A stretch of DNA of 64,000 bases from Pseudomonadota bacterium (GCA_021845905.1 JAJZVA010000006.1:6532-70531), one strand, 5' to 3'; counted from the first letter of the stretch, positions 40,849-51,174 are shown. Notes: a model not told the origin generated them from the sequence alone. Translations and numbers: made by a program.

Positions 40849-43800
40849 TTTTCTCCAGCAGTTCGGCTTCGCGTTTTTTCGCCGCCTCGATATTCTTGAG
40901 TTTCACGTGCCCGTAGCCGCGGATATGCTCCGGCAAAGAGGCCAGCTCGACCGCGAGATCGTAATTCTCCTTTGAAAGCGACGGCAGAAGCTTTTCAATC
41001 GCCGCTTTGTATTCGCCGATCATGCGGCGCTCCATGCGGCGCTCTTCCGTATAGCCGAAAATATCGAACACCGTGCCGCGCAGGCCTTTCATCTTCGCCA
41101 GCAGGCGGAACGCGGGCAGAACCCAGCCGCCGAATTCCATTTTTTTCAACGTGCCTGTTTCTTTGTCGCGCTTCGCCAGCAACGGCGGCGCGAGGTTGAA
41201 CCTCAGGCGGATCTTGCCGTCGAACGTCTGTTTGAGTTGTTCGAGGAACTGCCCGTCGGTATAAAGCCGCGCCACTTCATATTCATCCTTGTAGGCCATC
41301 AGCTTGTAGTAATAACGCGCGACGGCCTCGGTGAGCCTGCCGGGTTTGCCGCCGAGTTTTTGATCGGCTGCGGAGACGGCTTCAACCAGCGCCTTGTACC
41401 TTTCGGCATAAGACGCATTTTGATAACCGGTGAGCGAAAAAATGCGGCGCGCGATCACTTCATCTGCGCTCTTCGAAAGCTCGCGGTGGCGCTCAAGATC
41501 GCCCATGCCGCGCGGACGGGCGATTTCCTCGACTTTTTCGATGTCAAACGCGGCGCGACGGCCCCAGAGGAATGCCTGTTTATTCATCTTCACGGCCGCG
41601 CCGTTAAGCTCGATGGCATGCAGGATCGCTTCCGGCGTCAGCGGAATATACCCTTTCTGACAGGCATAGCCGAGCATGAACATGTTGGTGGAAATCGAAT
41701 TCCCCGTCAGCGCCGTCGCGATCTGGGTCGCATCGAGCGTGGAAATATTGTCCTTGCCGCACAGTTCCGCCACCGCGTCGACGACCTTGTCGGCCGGGAT
41801 GCGCCATTCCGGATCGTGCGTGAAAGCGCCGGTCTGGGTTTTGTGGGTATTGAGAACGACTTTGGTCTTGCCGGGATGGATTTTCGAAAGCGAACTGCCA
41901 TCCGCCGTAACCAGCATGTCGCAACCCAACACCACCGTCGCGCCCGCTGTGGAAAGGCGCACGGTATGGATGTCTTCGGGCGTTTTGGCGATGCGCACGT
42001 GGCTGGTGACGGCGCCGCCCTTTTGAGCGAGGCCGGTCTGGTCCATCGTCGTCGCGCCTTTGTCTTCAAGGTGCGCGGCCATGGCGAGGATTGCGCCGAT
42101 GGTCACCACGCCCGTGCCGCCGATGCCGGTGACGAGAATGGAGAACGGCGCATCAAGCGCGGCGATTTGCGGCTCCGGCATCTCCTTGAACAGGGCATCC
42201 ACCTCGTCGCCGAGTTTGGCGCCCTCGGGCTTTTTCAAACCGCCGCCGAGAACGGTGACGAAGCTCGGGCAGAAGCCCTTGACGCAGGAATAATCCTTGT
42301 TGCAGCTCGACTGGTCGATCTGCCGCTTGCGGCCGAATTCCGTCTCTACAGGCGCGATGGACAGGCAGTTGGACTTTTCGCCGCAATCGCCGCATCCCTC
42401 GCACACGCGCTCGTTGATGATGATGCGCTTGGCGGGGTCGGGATAAAGACCGCGCTTGCGGCGGCGGCGTTTTTCTGCGGCGCAGGTCTGGTCGTAGATC
42501 AGAATGGTCACGCCTTCGGTTTCGCGCAAAAGCTTCTGGATTTCGTTGAGGTCGTCGCGGTGGCGTACATGCGTGCCGGTCGGGAAGTTAGCCTTGCTGC
42601 CGTATTTCCACGGCTCGTCGGAGACGACATAGATCGCCTTCACGCCCTCGGCTTCGACTTGCCGGGCGATATCGACGACGCTGAGATGCCCGTCAACCGG
42701 CTGGCCGCCGGTCATGGCGACGGCGTCGTTGTAAAGGATTTTATAGGTAATGTTGATGTTCGCGGCGATCGCGGCGCGGATCGCCAGCAAGCCGGAGTGA
42801 AAATAAGTGCCGTCCCCGAGGTTGGAGAAAACGTGCTTTTCCCTGGTGAACGGCGCCTGACCGATCCACGGCACGCCCTCGCCGCCCATCTGCGTGAACA
42901 TGTAGGTGCGGCGATCCATCCACATCGCCATGTAGTGGCAACCGATGCCGGCCAGCGCGCGGCTGCCTTCCGGCACGACGGTGGAAGTGTTATGCGGGCA
43001 ACCCGAACAATACCACGGCATGCGCACGACTGGAGAAGGCTTGCCCTTCAGGTCGAAGTTTTTGTGAATGACCGCCATGCGGTCCTCGAACGGCTTGACG
43101 TCCGTCAGGCTCTTCAGCCGCTTGATCAGCGCGTCGGCGATCAGTGCGGGCGAAAGCTCATAGGTTTCGGGCAGCAACGGAACGCCTTTTTCGTCGGTCT
43201 TGCCGGTGACGCGCGGACGCCTGTCGGCGGCGGTGTGGAAAAGGATTTTCTTGATCTGCGATTCGACGAAGGCGCGCTTTTCCTCGACAACAAATATCTC
43301 TTCCGTTTCAGCGGCAAGCTTGGCGATGCCCTTGCCTTCCAGCGGCCAGACGAGCGTGACCTTATAAACGGCGAGTCCCAGCTCTTCCGCGCGGCTTTTG
43401 GTGATGCCGAGGTCTTCGAGCGCCTGCATGGTGTCCATGAACCCCTTGCCGGTGGCGACGACGGTCAGGCGTTTTTTATCGGGATTGAGGACGAATTTAT
43501 CGAGACCGTTGGCGCGCGCATAGGCCTGCGCGGCGGGCAATTTCAGCGTGACGAGGCGTTCTTCCTGCGCGACGGGCGGATCGTACCAGCGGATATTCAG
43601 CCCCTCCGGCGGCATGTTGAAATCGACCGGCGTTTTGAATTCCAGCGCGGCGGGATCTGAAAAGACGGAGGCCGAGCTGTCGGCGAAATCGCTGATGACT
43701 TTCAAAGCCGTCCAGCAACCGGAATAGCGCGACATGGCGATGCCGTGCAGGCCGAGTTCCAGCGCGTCGGCGATGCCCGCCGGATTCAAAACGGGGATCA

Positions 43801-44296
43801 TCGCATGGACGAAGGCCTGCTCCGACTGGTGCGGGAACGTGGAGGACTTGCAGGCATGATCATCGCCCGCCAGCGCCAGCACGCCTCCATGTTTGCTACT
43901 GCCCGCGGCGTTGGCGTGCTTCAGGGCATCCAGCGAACGGTCCACGCCGGGACCCTTGCCGTACCACATCCCGACGACGCCGTCATATTCCGCGCCGGGA
44001 CCGAGGTTGAGTTGCTGGCTGCCCCAGACTGCAGTCGCGCCGAGGTCTTCGTTCACGCCCGGCACGAACTTGATATGGTTTTCATCAAGATATTGCTGCG
44101 CCGATTGCAAGGCCATATCCAGTCCGCCCAAGGGCGAACCCCGATAGCCGGAAATGAATGTCGCCGTGTTCAGCCCGGCCGCAACGTCGAGCTGGCGCTG
44201 CATGATCGGGATACGCACCAGCGCTTGCAGGCCGTTCAAATAGATGCGGCCGGATTTTTCGGTATATTTATCTTCCAGTGTGACCTGACGGAGCAT
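40811..44296 (-). CDS. Indolepyruvate ferredoxin oxidoreductase family protein (fused subunits)
   Basis: SGYRGSPLG, WYGKGPGVDRS, CSGCPHN, GDGTYFHSG, CEGCGDC, GIGGTGV, AYKDEYEVARL, IRGYGHVK. Confidence 0.95.
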   Translation of the reverse strand: MLRQVTLEDKYTEKSGRIYLNGLQALVRIPIMQRQLDVAAGLNTATFISGYRGSPLGGLDMALQSAQQYLDENHIKFVPGVNEDLGATAVWGSQQLNLGPGAEYDGVVGMWYGKGPGVDRSLDALKHANAAGSSKHGGVLALAGDDHACKSSTFPHQSEQAFVHAMIPVLNPAGIADALELGLHGIAMSRYSGCWTALKVISDFADSSASVFSDPAALEFKTPVDFNMPPEGLNIRWYDPPVAQEERLVTLKLPAAQAYARANGLDKFVLNPDKKRLTVVATGKGFMDTMQALEDLGITKSRAEELGLAVYKVTLVWPLEGKGIAKLAAETEEIFVVEEKRAFVESQIKKILFHTAADRRPRVTGKTDEKGVPLLPETYELSPALIADALIKRLKSLTDVKPFEDRMAVIHKNFDLKGKPSPVVRMPWYCSGCPHNTSTVVPEGSRALAGIGCHYMAMWMDRRTYMFTQMGGEGVPWIGQAPFTREKHVFSNLGDGTYFHSGLLAIRAAIAANINITYKILYNDAVAMTGGQPVDGHLSVVDIARQVEAEGVKAIYVVSDEPWKYGSKANFPTGTHVRHRDDLNEIQKLLRETEGVTILIYDQTCAAEKRRRRKRGLYPDPAKRIIINERVCEGCGDCGEKSNCLSIAPVETEFGRKRQIDQSSCNKDYSCVKGFCPSFVTVLGGGLKKPEGAKLGDEVDALFKEMPEPQIAALDAPFSILVTGIGGTGVVTIGAILAMAAHLEDKGATTMDQTGLAQKGGAVTSHVRIAKTPEDIHTVRLSTAGATVVLGCDMLVTADGSSLSKIHPGKTKVVLNTHKTQTGAFTHDPEWRIPADKVVDAVAELCGKDNISTLDATQIATALTGNSISTNMFMLGYACQKGYIPLTPEAILHAIELNGAAVKMNKQAFLWGRRAAFDIEKVEEIARPRGMGDLERHRELSKSADEVIARRIFSLTGYQNASYAERYKALVEAVSAADQKLGGKPGRLTEAVARYYYKLMAYKDEYEVARLYTDGQFLEQLKQTFDGKIRLRFNLAPPLLAKRDKETGTLKKMEFGGWVLPAFRLLAKMKGLRGTVFDIFGYTEERRMERRMIGEYKAAIEKLLPSLSKENYDLAVELASLPEHIRGYGHVKLKNIEAAKKREAELLEKINAPTDAQKQAA

Positions 44297-44454
44297 ATGC
44301 CTACCCTGATCTTTTTTGCGCTAAAGGAGTAAGTTAATGGACGAGCATGGGGAGGCGCAACTTAATTTCATTTAACGTAATGCATAATTGACTCTTCTGC
44401 ATATCCTGTTTAATAATCTCAAACTACTTTTTTATTTTTATGAAAGGAACAGTT

Positions 44455-44847
44455 ATGCCCGAAAAACGCAAAAACGCTCAAAATGACAAAAAACGCCTTG
44501 AAAAAATCGGCAATGCTCTCGATTACCATGTCACCATTTCCATCAAAGAGCACTTCAACAAAGTGGGGAAAATGGATCAGTTTGTCAAAACCGTGACACC
44601 GGAAGAAATCGCCGAACAAAAAGCCGCCATGCGGGGAATGTTTTATATGACAGAAGATCAGATGACGCTCGCCACGCTTAAAACAACAGATATCTTCATG
44701 CGTGCCGCCCGCAGGGTTGCAACCGATGACAAAGAGCTTGCCGCCTTTCTCCCCGCCGGAAAATTCGAGAGAGAAGACGTTGAAATCCTTAAAAAAAATG
44801 GACTTAAGTCTCTTTCTGCCGTTGTGAAGGCGCATCTTGCACCTTAA
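44455..44847 (+). CDS. Hypothetical protein
   Basis: AT-richer ORF with AAGGA RBS before ATG 44455; fills the gap between the oxidoreductase gene and rpsU; no recognisable family. Confidence 0.7.
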   Translation: MPEKRKNAQNDKKRLEKIGNALDYHVTISIKEHFNKVGKMDQFVKTVTPEEIAEQKAAMRGMFYMTEDQMTLATLKTTDIFMRAARRVATDDKELAAFLPAGKFEREDVEILKKNGLKSLSAVVKAHLAP

Positions 44848-44935
44848 ACGCGAAACTTAAGATTCAGCTTTCCCTTTCTTATGGGGCATGCTACAAACAC
44901 TTAGTTATTAACCACTGGATTATGAATAGAAAGGG

Positions 44936-45151
44936 GTGATTACCATCGTACAGGTCGTTGTACGCGATAACAACATCGATCAAGCCCTCCGCGCATTGAA
45001 GAAAAAGATGCAGCGCGAAGGCCTCTTCCGTGAAATGAAGATCCGTCGGCACTACGAAAAGCCGTCCGTCAAAAAAGCACGTGAAAGATCCGAAGCCGTC
45101 AGGCGTTATCGTAAGCTGGAGCGCAAACGTAAAGAACGCGACGGCGAATAA
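44936..45151 (+). CDS. rpsU: 30S ribosomal protein S21
   Basis: [24 protein letters not shown]...YEKPS; start codon uncertain. Confidence 0.96.
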   Translation: MITIVQVVVRDNNIDQALRALKKKMQREGLFREMKIRRHYEKPSVKKARERSEAVRRYRKLERKRKERDGE

Positions 45152-45187
45152 ATATCGGGTAATCCGCTTTCGATTACTAAAAATACA

Positions 45188-45230
45188 ATATCGCCGTCAT
45201 TCCGGATGCAATTCGGGGTGGCGGCGATAT
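45188..45230 (+). terminator. Long hairpin after rpsU (terminator-like or palindromic element)
   Basis: ATATCGCCGTCATTCCGGA-TGCAA-TTCGGGGTGGCGGCGATAT: 19-bp stem with G-U pairs on the + strand. Confidence 0.6.
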
Positions 45231-45267
45231 ATAATTTGAGAAAGCTTATTTTTAAAAGGAGTCGGAG

Positions 45268-47340
45268 ATGTCATACAAAGGCGACGCGCACCTTGCAAAA
45301 CTTCTCAAAGCCGCAGGCGAAACCCGTCCGCTCGACGAAATAAAGTCGGTGCTCAAGGGCATTATCGCCGCACCGGAAGACATCGCCGCACCCGGCCTCT
45401 GGCTCTCCCTCTTCAAAACAGATAAAAACGCCGCCGAACAACTGACCGCGCTGAAAAACGAACTTGCCGCAGAAAAACCCGCGCCGCAACAGGATAAACT
45501 CGCCGCGCTGCGCGATGAAATGAAAAAACGCAACATCGAAGGGTTTTATATTCCCCGCGCGGACGAGTTCCACGGAGAATACGTGCCCGCGCGCTCCGAA
45601 CGCCTGGCCTGGGCGACAGGCTTCACCGGCTCCGCGGGCGTCGCCGTCGTCTTGAAAGACAAAGCCGGTTTCTTCACCGACGGCCGCTACACGCTCGCCG
45701 CGCGCAAGCAGGTGGACAAGAAAGATTTCGACATTTGCAGCACATCCGACGATCAGGACCCGACGCCGACCATGAGCCCCGTTGAATGGATCGAAAAGAA
45801 CCTCCAAAAAGGGCAAACTTTCGGCATCGATCCGTGGATCATGAGCGCAAATGAAGTGAAAGCCGTCAAAGGCGCGGTGGACAAGGCCGGCGGCATCCTC
45901 GTTTACGTCGACAGCAATCCGCTCGACGCCGCATGGAAAAACCGCCCCGAAGCGCCGCTCTCGCCCGCCGTGCCGCAACCGCTGGAATACGCCGGAAAAA
46001 CTTCCGAAGACAAGCGCGAGGATCTCGCCGACGCGCTCGCCGCCAAGGGCGCCGACGCGCTCGCCATCGCCCTGCCTGAAGAAATCTGCTGGTTGCTCAA
46101 CGTGCGCGGCGGCGACGTGCCTTGCACGCCCTTCGCGCTCTCTTACGCCATCGCCCACAAGGACGGCAGCGTCGACTGGTACATCGACCAACGCAAACTG
46201 ACGGATGAAACCAGACAATGGATCGGGGCGGATGTGCGCGTTCATGACATCGCCGCATTCGAAAACGGCCTTGCCGCACTCGGCAAGAACGGCAAAACCG
46301 TCTGGATCGACCCCAACACGGCGCCGGTCAAGGCGCAGAACACGGTCACGGACGAAGGCGGCAAGGTCGTCTCCGAGCGCAGCCCCGTGCAACTCATGAA
46401 AGCGCTTAAAAACCATGTCGAGATCGAAGGCATGGCCGCGTGCCACATCCGCGACGGCGCCGCGCTGACGCGCTTTCTCGCCGCCGTTTCCGAGCATGGC
46501 GCGGCCGCGAAATACGATGAAATTTCCGCCGCCGACCTGCTGCAAACATTCCGTGCGGAAAACGACAAGTTCCGCGGCCTCAGCTTCGACACCATCTCCG
46601 GCGCGGGCGGCAACGGCGCGATCATCCACTATCACTCCACGCCCGCAACCAGCCAGAAGCTGGATGCCGGCCCGGTTTATCTCGTCGATTCCGGCGGGCA
46701 ATATCTCGACGGCACGACGGACGTCACCCGCGCCATCGCCGTATCCCCTCCCACCGACGAGATGAAGGAAAACTTCACCCGCGTCCTCAAAGGCCACATT
46801 CAGGTCGCCATGGCGGAATTCCCCGCCGGCACGTGCGGCGACAAGCTGGACGAAAAAGCCCGCGCCGCCTTGAAAGACGTCGGTCTCAATTACGCCCACG
46901 GCACCGGCCACGGCGTCGGCAGCTATCTTTCGGTGCATGAAGGCCCGTGCGGCATCTCCGACAGAAGCACGACCGTGCCCTTGCAACCCGGCATGATCCT
47001 GTCGAACGAGCCGGGCTATTACAAAGAAGGCGCTTACGGCATCCGCATCGAAAGCCTCGTCGTCGTCGTCGACACCGGACGCAAGGACGGCGCCGGACGC
47101 GACCTGCTGGCCTTCAAGACGCTGACCATGGCGCCTATCGACCGCAATCTGATCGACGCCGCGCTGCTCAGCGCCGACGAATTGAAATGGCTCAACGACT
47201 ACCATGCCGAGGTGCAGAAGAATCTTCTGCCGCTTTTGGAAAAGAAAGATCCCAAGGCCGCCGCATTCCTTAAAAAAGCCGCCGCCCCGATCCGCAAGCC
47301 GCCGCCGAAGGCCAAAAAAAATCCGCATTTCTTCCTTTGA
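45268..47340 (+). CDS. Aminopeptidase P (Xaa-Pro, M24B) with N-terminal extension
   Basis: TGFTGSAG, DGRY, DSGGQYLDGTTDVTR, HGTGHGVG, VHEGP, SNEPGYY. Confidence 0.95.
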   Translation: MSYKGDAHLAKLLKAAGETRPLDEIKSVLKGIIAAPEDIAAPGLWLSLFKTDKNAAEQLTALKNELAAEKPAPQQDKLAALRDEMKKRNIEGFYIPRADEFHGEYVPARSERLAWATGFTGSAGVAVVLKDKAGFFTDGRYTLAARKQVDKKDFDICSTSDDQDPTPTMSPVEWIEKNLQKGQTFGIDPWIMSANEVKAVKGAVDKAGGILVYVDSNPLDAAWKNRPEAPLSPAVPQPLEYAGKTSEDKREDLADALAAKGADALAIALPEEICWLLNVRGGDVPCTPFALSYAIAHKDGSVDWYIDQRKLTDETRQWIGADVRVHDIAAFENGLAALGKNGKTVWIDPNTAPVKAQNTVTDEGGKVVSERSPVQLMKALKNHVEIEGMAACHIRDGAALTRFLAAVSEHGAAAKYDEISAADLLQTFRAENDKFRGLSFDTISGAGGNGAIIHYHSTPATSQKLDAGPVYLVDSGGQYLDGTTDVTRAIAVSPPTDEMKENFTRVLKGHIQVAMAEFPAGTCGDKLDEKARAALKDVGLNYAHGTGHGVGSYLSVHEGPCGISDRSTTVPLQPGMILSNEPGYYKEGAYGIRIESLVVVVDTGRKDGAGRDLLAFKTLTMAPIDRNLIDAALLSADELKWLNDYHAEVQKNLLPLLEKKDPKAAAFLKKAAAPIRKPPPKAKKNPHFFL

Positions 47341-47348
47341 GAGGGTTT

Positions 47349-48569
47349 ATGTCCGCGCAAGAAGGCATAGGAAAGGGGTCTGCTGAAGACCTTATTTCTC
47401 CGGAAGCCGGACGCGACCTGCGGAAAAAAGACGTCAGATTGCAAAACATGACGCGCGCTTATCTTACGGCCTTAAGCGTCATCGCGCTGATTTCGATCCT
47501 CGGGCATTTTCTTACCGCGCACATCACAAGCCGCCAGCGCGAAAACGCCAACGTGACCTTCATGATCACCAACCTGCGCTCTCTGGCCGACGAAACCGCC
47601 GCGCAAGCCTCGACGTTCCGCGCCACAAAAAATTCATTTGACGACAACCTGCTCGGCGGGGATATCGACGAACTCAAGAACAAGCTGACGCAGATCGAAG
47701 CCTCCGGCAATGGCGCCATGCTGTCTCTTTTTCACGACCCCCGCTACATGCTGGGCGAAAGCGTGCTGAAATTCACCGGCATGGCCGCTCAGGTCGGCAT
47801 GTTCGTGCGCACCGCGCAAGCAGCAAAAGCCGCGGAGGCGCTGTCCGATCTCGCGGACAAGCAGAGAATTCTCGACCTCAACCTCGATCAGGCGCTCAGC
47901 CAGTACCGCGCCAACGTCATCGGAGAAATCAACAGCGCCTACAGCCTGCAATTTTACGGCGTCATCGTCATTCTGGCCGTCCTTGCGCTCGAAATGCTCT
48001 TCATCTTCCGTCCGCTCGTCAGGAACCTTGAAGAATATCATGAAAGCATACTCCATCTCGCTCTGACCGACATGCTGACGGGAATCAACAACCGCCGCGC
48101 CTTCATGCAGCTTGCGCGCGCGGGCCTCGACCACAGCAAGAGGCACAAAACGCCATTCGCTCTCGTCATCATGGATCTCGACCATTTCAAATCGGTCAAC
48201 GACACTTACGGACATAAAGTCGGCGATCTTGTGTTGCAACACTATACCGGTCTGATGCGGAAAACGCTCCGCTCGCACGATACGCTCGGGCGGATCGGCG
48301 GGGAGGAATTCGCCATCTTTCTCCCGCAGACGACGCCGGAAGAAGCCCTGCTCGTCATCGAACGCTTCCGCAAATGCGTCGCTGAAACGCCCTGCCCCTA
48401 TACGGATGCGAACGGAGCTCCGCAAAAACTATCCTACAGCTCAAGCTTCGGGATCATCGCCACCGCGCAAAGCGCGCTAACCCTCGACGAACTGATCATC
48501 AAGGCCGATGAACAGCTCTACAAGGCCAAAGACAGCGGGCGCAACCGCGCGATCATGGAAAAAATCTAG
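47349..48569 (+). CDS. Membrane-bound diguanylate cyclase
   Basis: Two TM helices; TDMLTG..NRR, DLDHFK.VND.YGH..GD, I-site RSHD, RIGGEEF. Confidence 0.93.
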   Translation: MSAQEGIGKGSAEDLISPEAGRDLRKKDVRLQNMTRAYLTALSVIALISILGHFLTAHITSRQRENANVTFMITNLRSLADETAAQASTFRATKNSFDDNLLGGDIDELKNKLTQIEASGNGAMLSLFHDPRYMLGESVLKFTGMAAQVGMFVRTAQAAKAAEALSDLADKQRILDLNLDQALSQYRANVIGEINSAYSLQFYGVIVILAVLALEMLFIFRPLVRNLEEYHESILHLALTDMLTGINNRRAFMQLARAGLDHSKRHKTPFALVIMDLDHFKSVNDTYGHKVGDLVLQHYTGLMRKTLRSHDTLGRIGGEEFAIFLPQTTPEEALLVIERFRKCVAETPCPYTDANGAPQKLSYSSSFGIIATAQSALTLDELIIKADEQLYKAKDSGRNRAIMEKI

Positions 48570-48580
48570 CCCGGTCTTTC

Positions 48581-49036
48581 CTAAACGACTTTCTCGCCCC
48601 ATTTTTTGACGAGCGCTTCCTGTCGCCTGGCAATATCCTTCAGCCGCCGCTCGTTTTTGGCCTGCACGACCTTGGCGACAAGCGGCGTGATTTTATTGTA
48701 TATCATCCAGCCGACGAAGGCCCCGCCATAAGAAAGCAAGAGCATTTCCGGCTGCAACACGAGCTGGAACGCGGCGTGGAGCGTTTGCCCCCTGTCCATC
48801 AGCGCGCACCATACCGGCACGGTGCCCGCCATGTTCATGGCGCCGATCGTCAGCCAGGCCGTCTTGCGCGGGTGATTGTCGACAATCGCCGCCACCACCG
48901 TCGGAATCATGCAGACGAAAAAGACGAGCGTGAACGACCGGAATATCACCGCCGCGACAAGCACCACGAAAAACGCGAACCGCGTCGAGAAAGACGTTTT
49001 GGATTTTTTTCCCTCTGCCGGTGCATCATCGTCCAT
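48581..49036 (-). CDS. Conserved membrane protein
   Basis: Several TM helices and C-terminal RQEALVKKWG; AGGAGG RBS at the end of the upstream kinase-like gene. Confidence 0.75.
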   Translation of the reverse strand: MDDDAPAEGKKSKTSFSTRFAFFVVLVAAVIFRSFTLVFFVCMIPTVVAAIVDNHPRKTAWLTIGAMNMAGTVPVWCALMDRGQTLHAAFQLVLQPEMLLLSYGGAFVGWMIYNKITPLVAKVVQAKNERRLKDIARRQEALVKKWGEKVV

Positions 49037-49047
49037 CGCCATCCTCC

Positions 49048-51174
49048 TTATAACACCCGCATCGCCCGCAACAAAAGATAGCCCGCGACGATCATCGCGC
49101 CGAGCGCGCAAGACACAAGCATGGCCACTTGCCGCCCCGTCGCCGCGCCGACATACTGCCGTTTGGCAAGCAGGCTTTGTATATGGTTTTTCTCCGCGAC
49201 CAGCGCGGCGTACTCCTGACGGGCGTAGGCGAATCTTTGCGCGTCGTTGCGGATCAGGTTCGTATCGTCGACCAGATCAAGCAAGGCGGTCAAGTTTCCG
49301 GTGCCCTGCAGGGCGTTGACTTTTTTCGTCATGACCTGACGCAGGTCGCGGTCGTTGTAAAGGTCGATCATCGGGGCGGTAAGAGAGATCAGCCATTTGC
49401 ACAGGCCCGGCACGGGCGGCGCGGAAAAGCGCCGCTGGATCGCCGCCAGCACGCTGATGATGCCGATCACCTGCTGCCCGCGGTTTTGGGAATTGACATA
49501 GCCGAAATAAGGGTCGATCATCTTTGGCTCGCGCACGGAAATAAAAGCCGCGATATGCCGGTCAAGCACGGTATCGTTCGGAGAGCCCGAAACATCCTCC
49601 AGCGCGAGCAGGACGCCCCGCACCGAGAGGACAAAATGGTTCTTAAACATCGGGCTCATGCAGGGCGCCTCGACGTTCAGCATATAAAGGACCCGTTCAA
49701 GGCCGTATCCCGGCATTTTCTGCACAAGGGCGCTGCGGCATTTCTCAAGAGTGGAGAGCAATCCCGCCGCATCCGGCACATCGTCGAAAGACTGGCTGAT
49801 CCATACATTGAACAGCTGCTGCTGTATCATCTCTCCATAGGGCTGGGTTTCGACACCGGTTGAAACCGCGCCGGAGAGAGCCGTTCCGAATCCCTCGGGA
49901 AAAATGGAGAGACCTTTATAGCGCACAGGCCCAAGCGGATCCATCGCCATGCAAACGCAAGACACCAGCCTTTCGCGTGAAGCTTCCTTTTCCTTGTCCC
50001 ACATGCGGCCGAACCGGGCCTCAAGCCCCTTGTCATCGAAATTGCGCTTGAGCCAGACGTCGAACTGTTCCTTTTCTATTTCATCAGCCGCTTCGGAAAC
50101 GTTTTCCGAGAACATTTGCGCCAAAGACCGCAGATCCCAAAACTTTCCGCCATGAAAAGTTATCGGCCGGGCGGCTTTCAGCGTCACGCGCGGCTGCTTT
50201 GGGCTAAGCCTTTGGCCGTCAAGCCAGGATAGCGCCGAGTCAATGCCCCAGCGCTGGTCCGGGTCGTCGCTCAGCACGCCGCGCAGGAACTCAGACAGTC
50301 CGCCGGGAATGCGTTCCTTGCCGATGATCATCGCATACGAGCCATGCTCTATCTTCTCATGGATAAGGTCGCGCGGCGACTTGCCTTGCAACAGGTTCAT
50401 GCCGCGCGCCACCATCGCCACGCAAACGCCCAGCGCGTAAAGGTCGTCGACAAGCATGCCCGGCCCGCGCCCGGAAGGTTGCGCCGCGCCGCGCGCGATG
50501 GTCTCGTAAAGCGGGCTTTGCCGCAGCGATGGCGCGGTGGAAAGGCATTCGCCGAGAACGACGCGTTCCGCGCCCTCTGCGCCCGTCATATATATGTTTT
50601 CGGCGTTGATCGCCCGGTGGACGAACTCGACGTTGCGAAACTCCGCCAGCAACCGGATCATCGGCTCCACCAGCACGGGAATGATCTTGTCTTCGGATAT
50701 CCGGTAGGGCGGCGCATCGGGCGCGTCGATTATTTTTCTTCCCAGCGGCTTGTCGAAAATAAAAGCGAATTTCTGGCTCCTGTCGGCGGGCCATTCGACG
50801 ATACCCGCATCATGAAGTGTCATGAGATGGGGGCTTTTAATCGCCTTGTAAGAGCCGATATGCGTCACGCGCGGCATCGCCCGCCAGTCGCAGAGCAACG
50901 CGAACTGCTCGCCGGTCTGGCGGCGGTCTTTCGCTTCATAAGCTTGCGTGCCTGCAACGCCGCTGGCGAAAGCCGGGCATTCCCTGTCCGGAAAAATCTC
51001 GCTGTCCTGATTGACGAACAACCGGCCATCGGCAGTGGTGCGGCTGATGATGGAATAATAACTCGACTCAAGGCGCTTCTTGTTCGCTGCCTGACTGTCA
51101 ACGGCGGACGCATCTCCCTGCCCGGACACCGGTTCCTGCCCTGAGGATTCGCTATTGCTCTCGTCTTCGGCCAT
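49048..51174 (-). CDS. Ser/Thr protein kinase-like (pseudokinase) with C-terminal TM helix
   Basis: VHRAINAENIY, VVLGECLS, DDLYALGV, D..QRW kinase-fold remnants. Confidence 0.75.
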   Translation of the reverse strand: MAEDESNSESSGQEPVSGQGDASAVDSQAANKKRLESSYYSIISRTTADGRLFVNQDSEIFPDRECPAFASGVAGTQAYEAKDRRQTGEQFALLCDWRAMPRVTHIGSYKAIKSPHLMTLHDAGIVEWPADRSQKFAFIFDKPLGRKIIDAPDAPPYRISEDKIIPVLVEPMIRLLAEFRNVEFVHRAINAENIYMTGAEGAERVVLGECLSTAPSLRQSPLYETIARGAAQPSGRGPGMLVDDLYALGVCVAMVARGMNLLQGKSPRDLIHEKIEHGSYAMIIGKERIPGGLSEFLRGVLSDDPDQRWGIDSALSWLDGQRLSPKQPRVTLKAARPITFHGGKFWDLRSLAQMFSENVSEAADEIEKEQFDVWLKRNFDDKGLEARFGRMWDKEKEASRERLVSCVCMAMDPLGPVRYKGLSIFPEGFGTALSGAVSTGVETQPYGEMIQQQLFNVWISQSFDDVPDAAGLLSTLEKCRSALVQKMPGYGLERVLYMLNVEAPCMSPMFKNHFVLSVRGVLLALEDVSGSPNDTVLDRHIAAFISVREPKMIDPYFGYVNSQNRGQQVIGIISVLAAIQRRFSAPPVPGLCKWLISLTAPMIDLYNDRDLRQVMTKKVNALQGTGNLTALLDLVDDTNLIRNDAQRFAYARQEYAALVAEKNHIQSLLAKRQYVGAATGRQVAMLVSCALGAMIVAGYLLLRAMRVL

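Noticed and set aside
44362-44376. CtrA-like TTAA pairs here and at 17441-17456
   Set aside because: Spacing is 6 and 8 nt rather than the canonical 7, within AT-rich DNA
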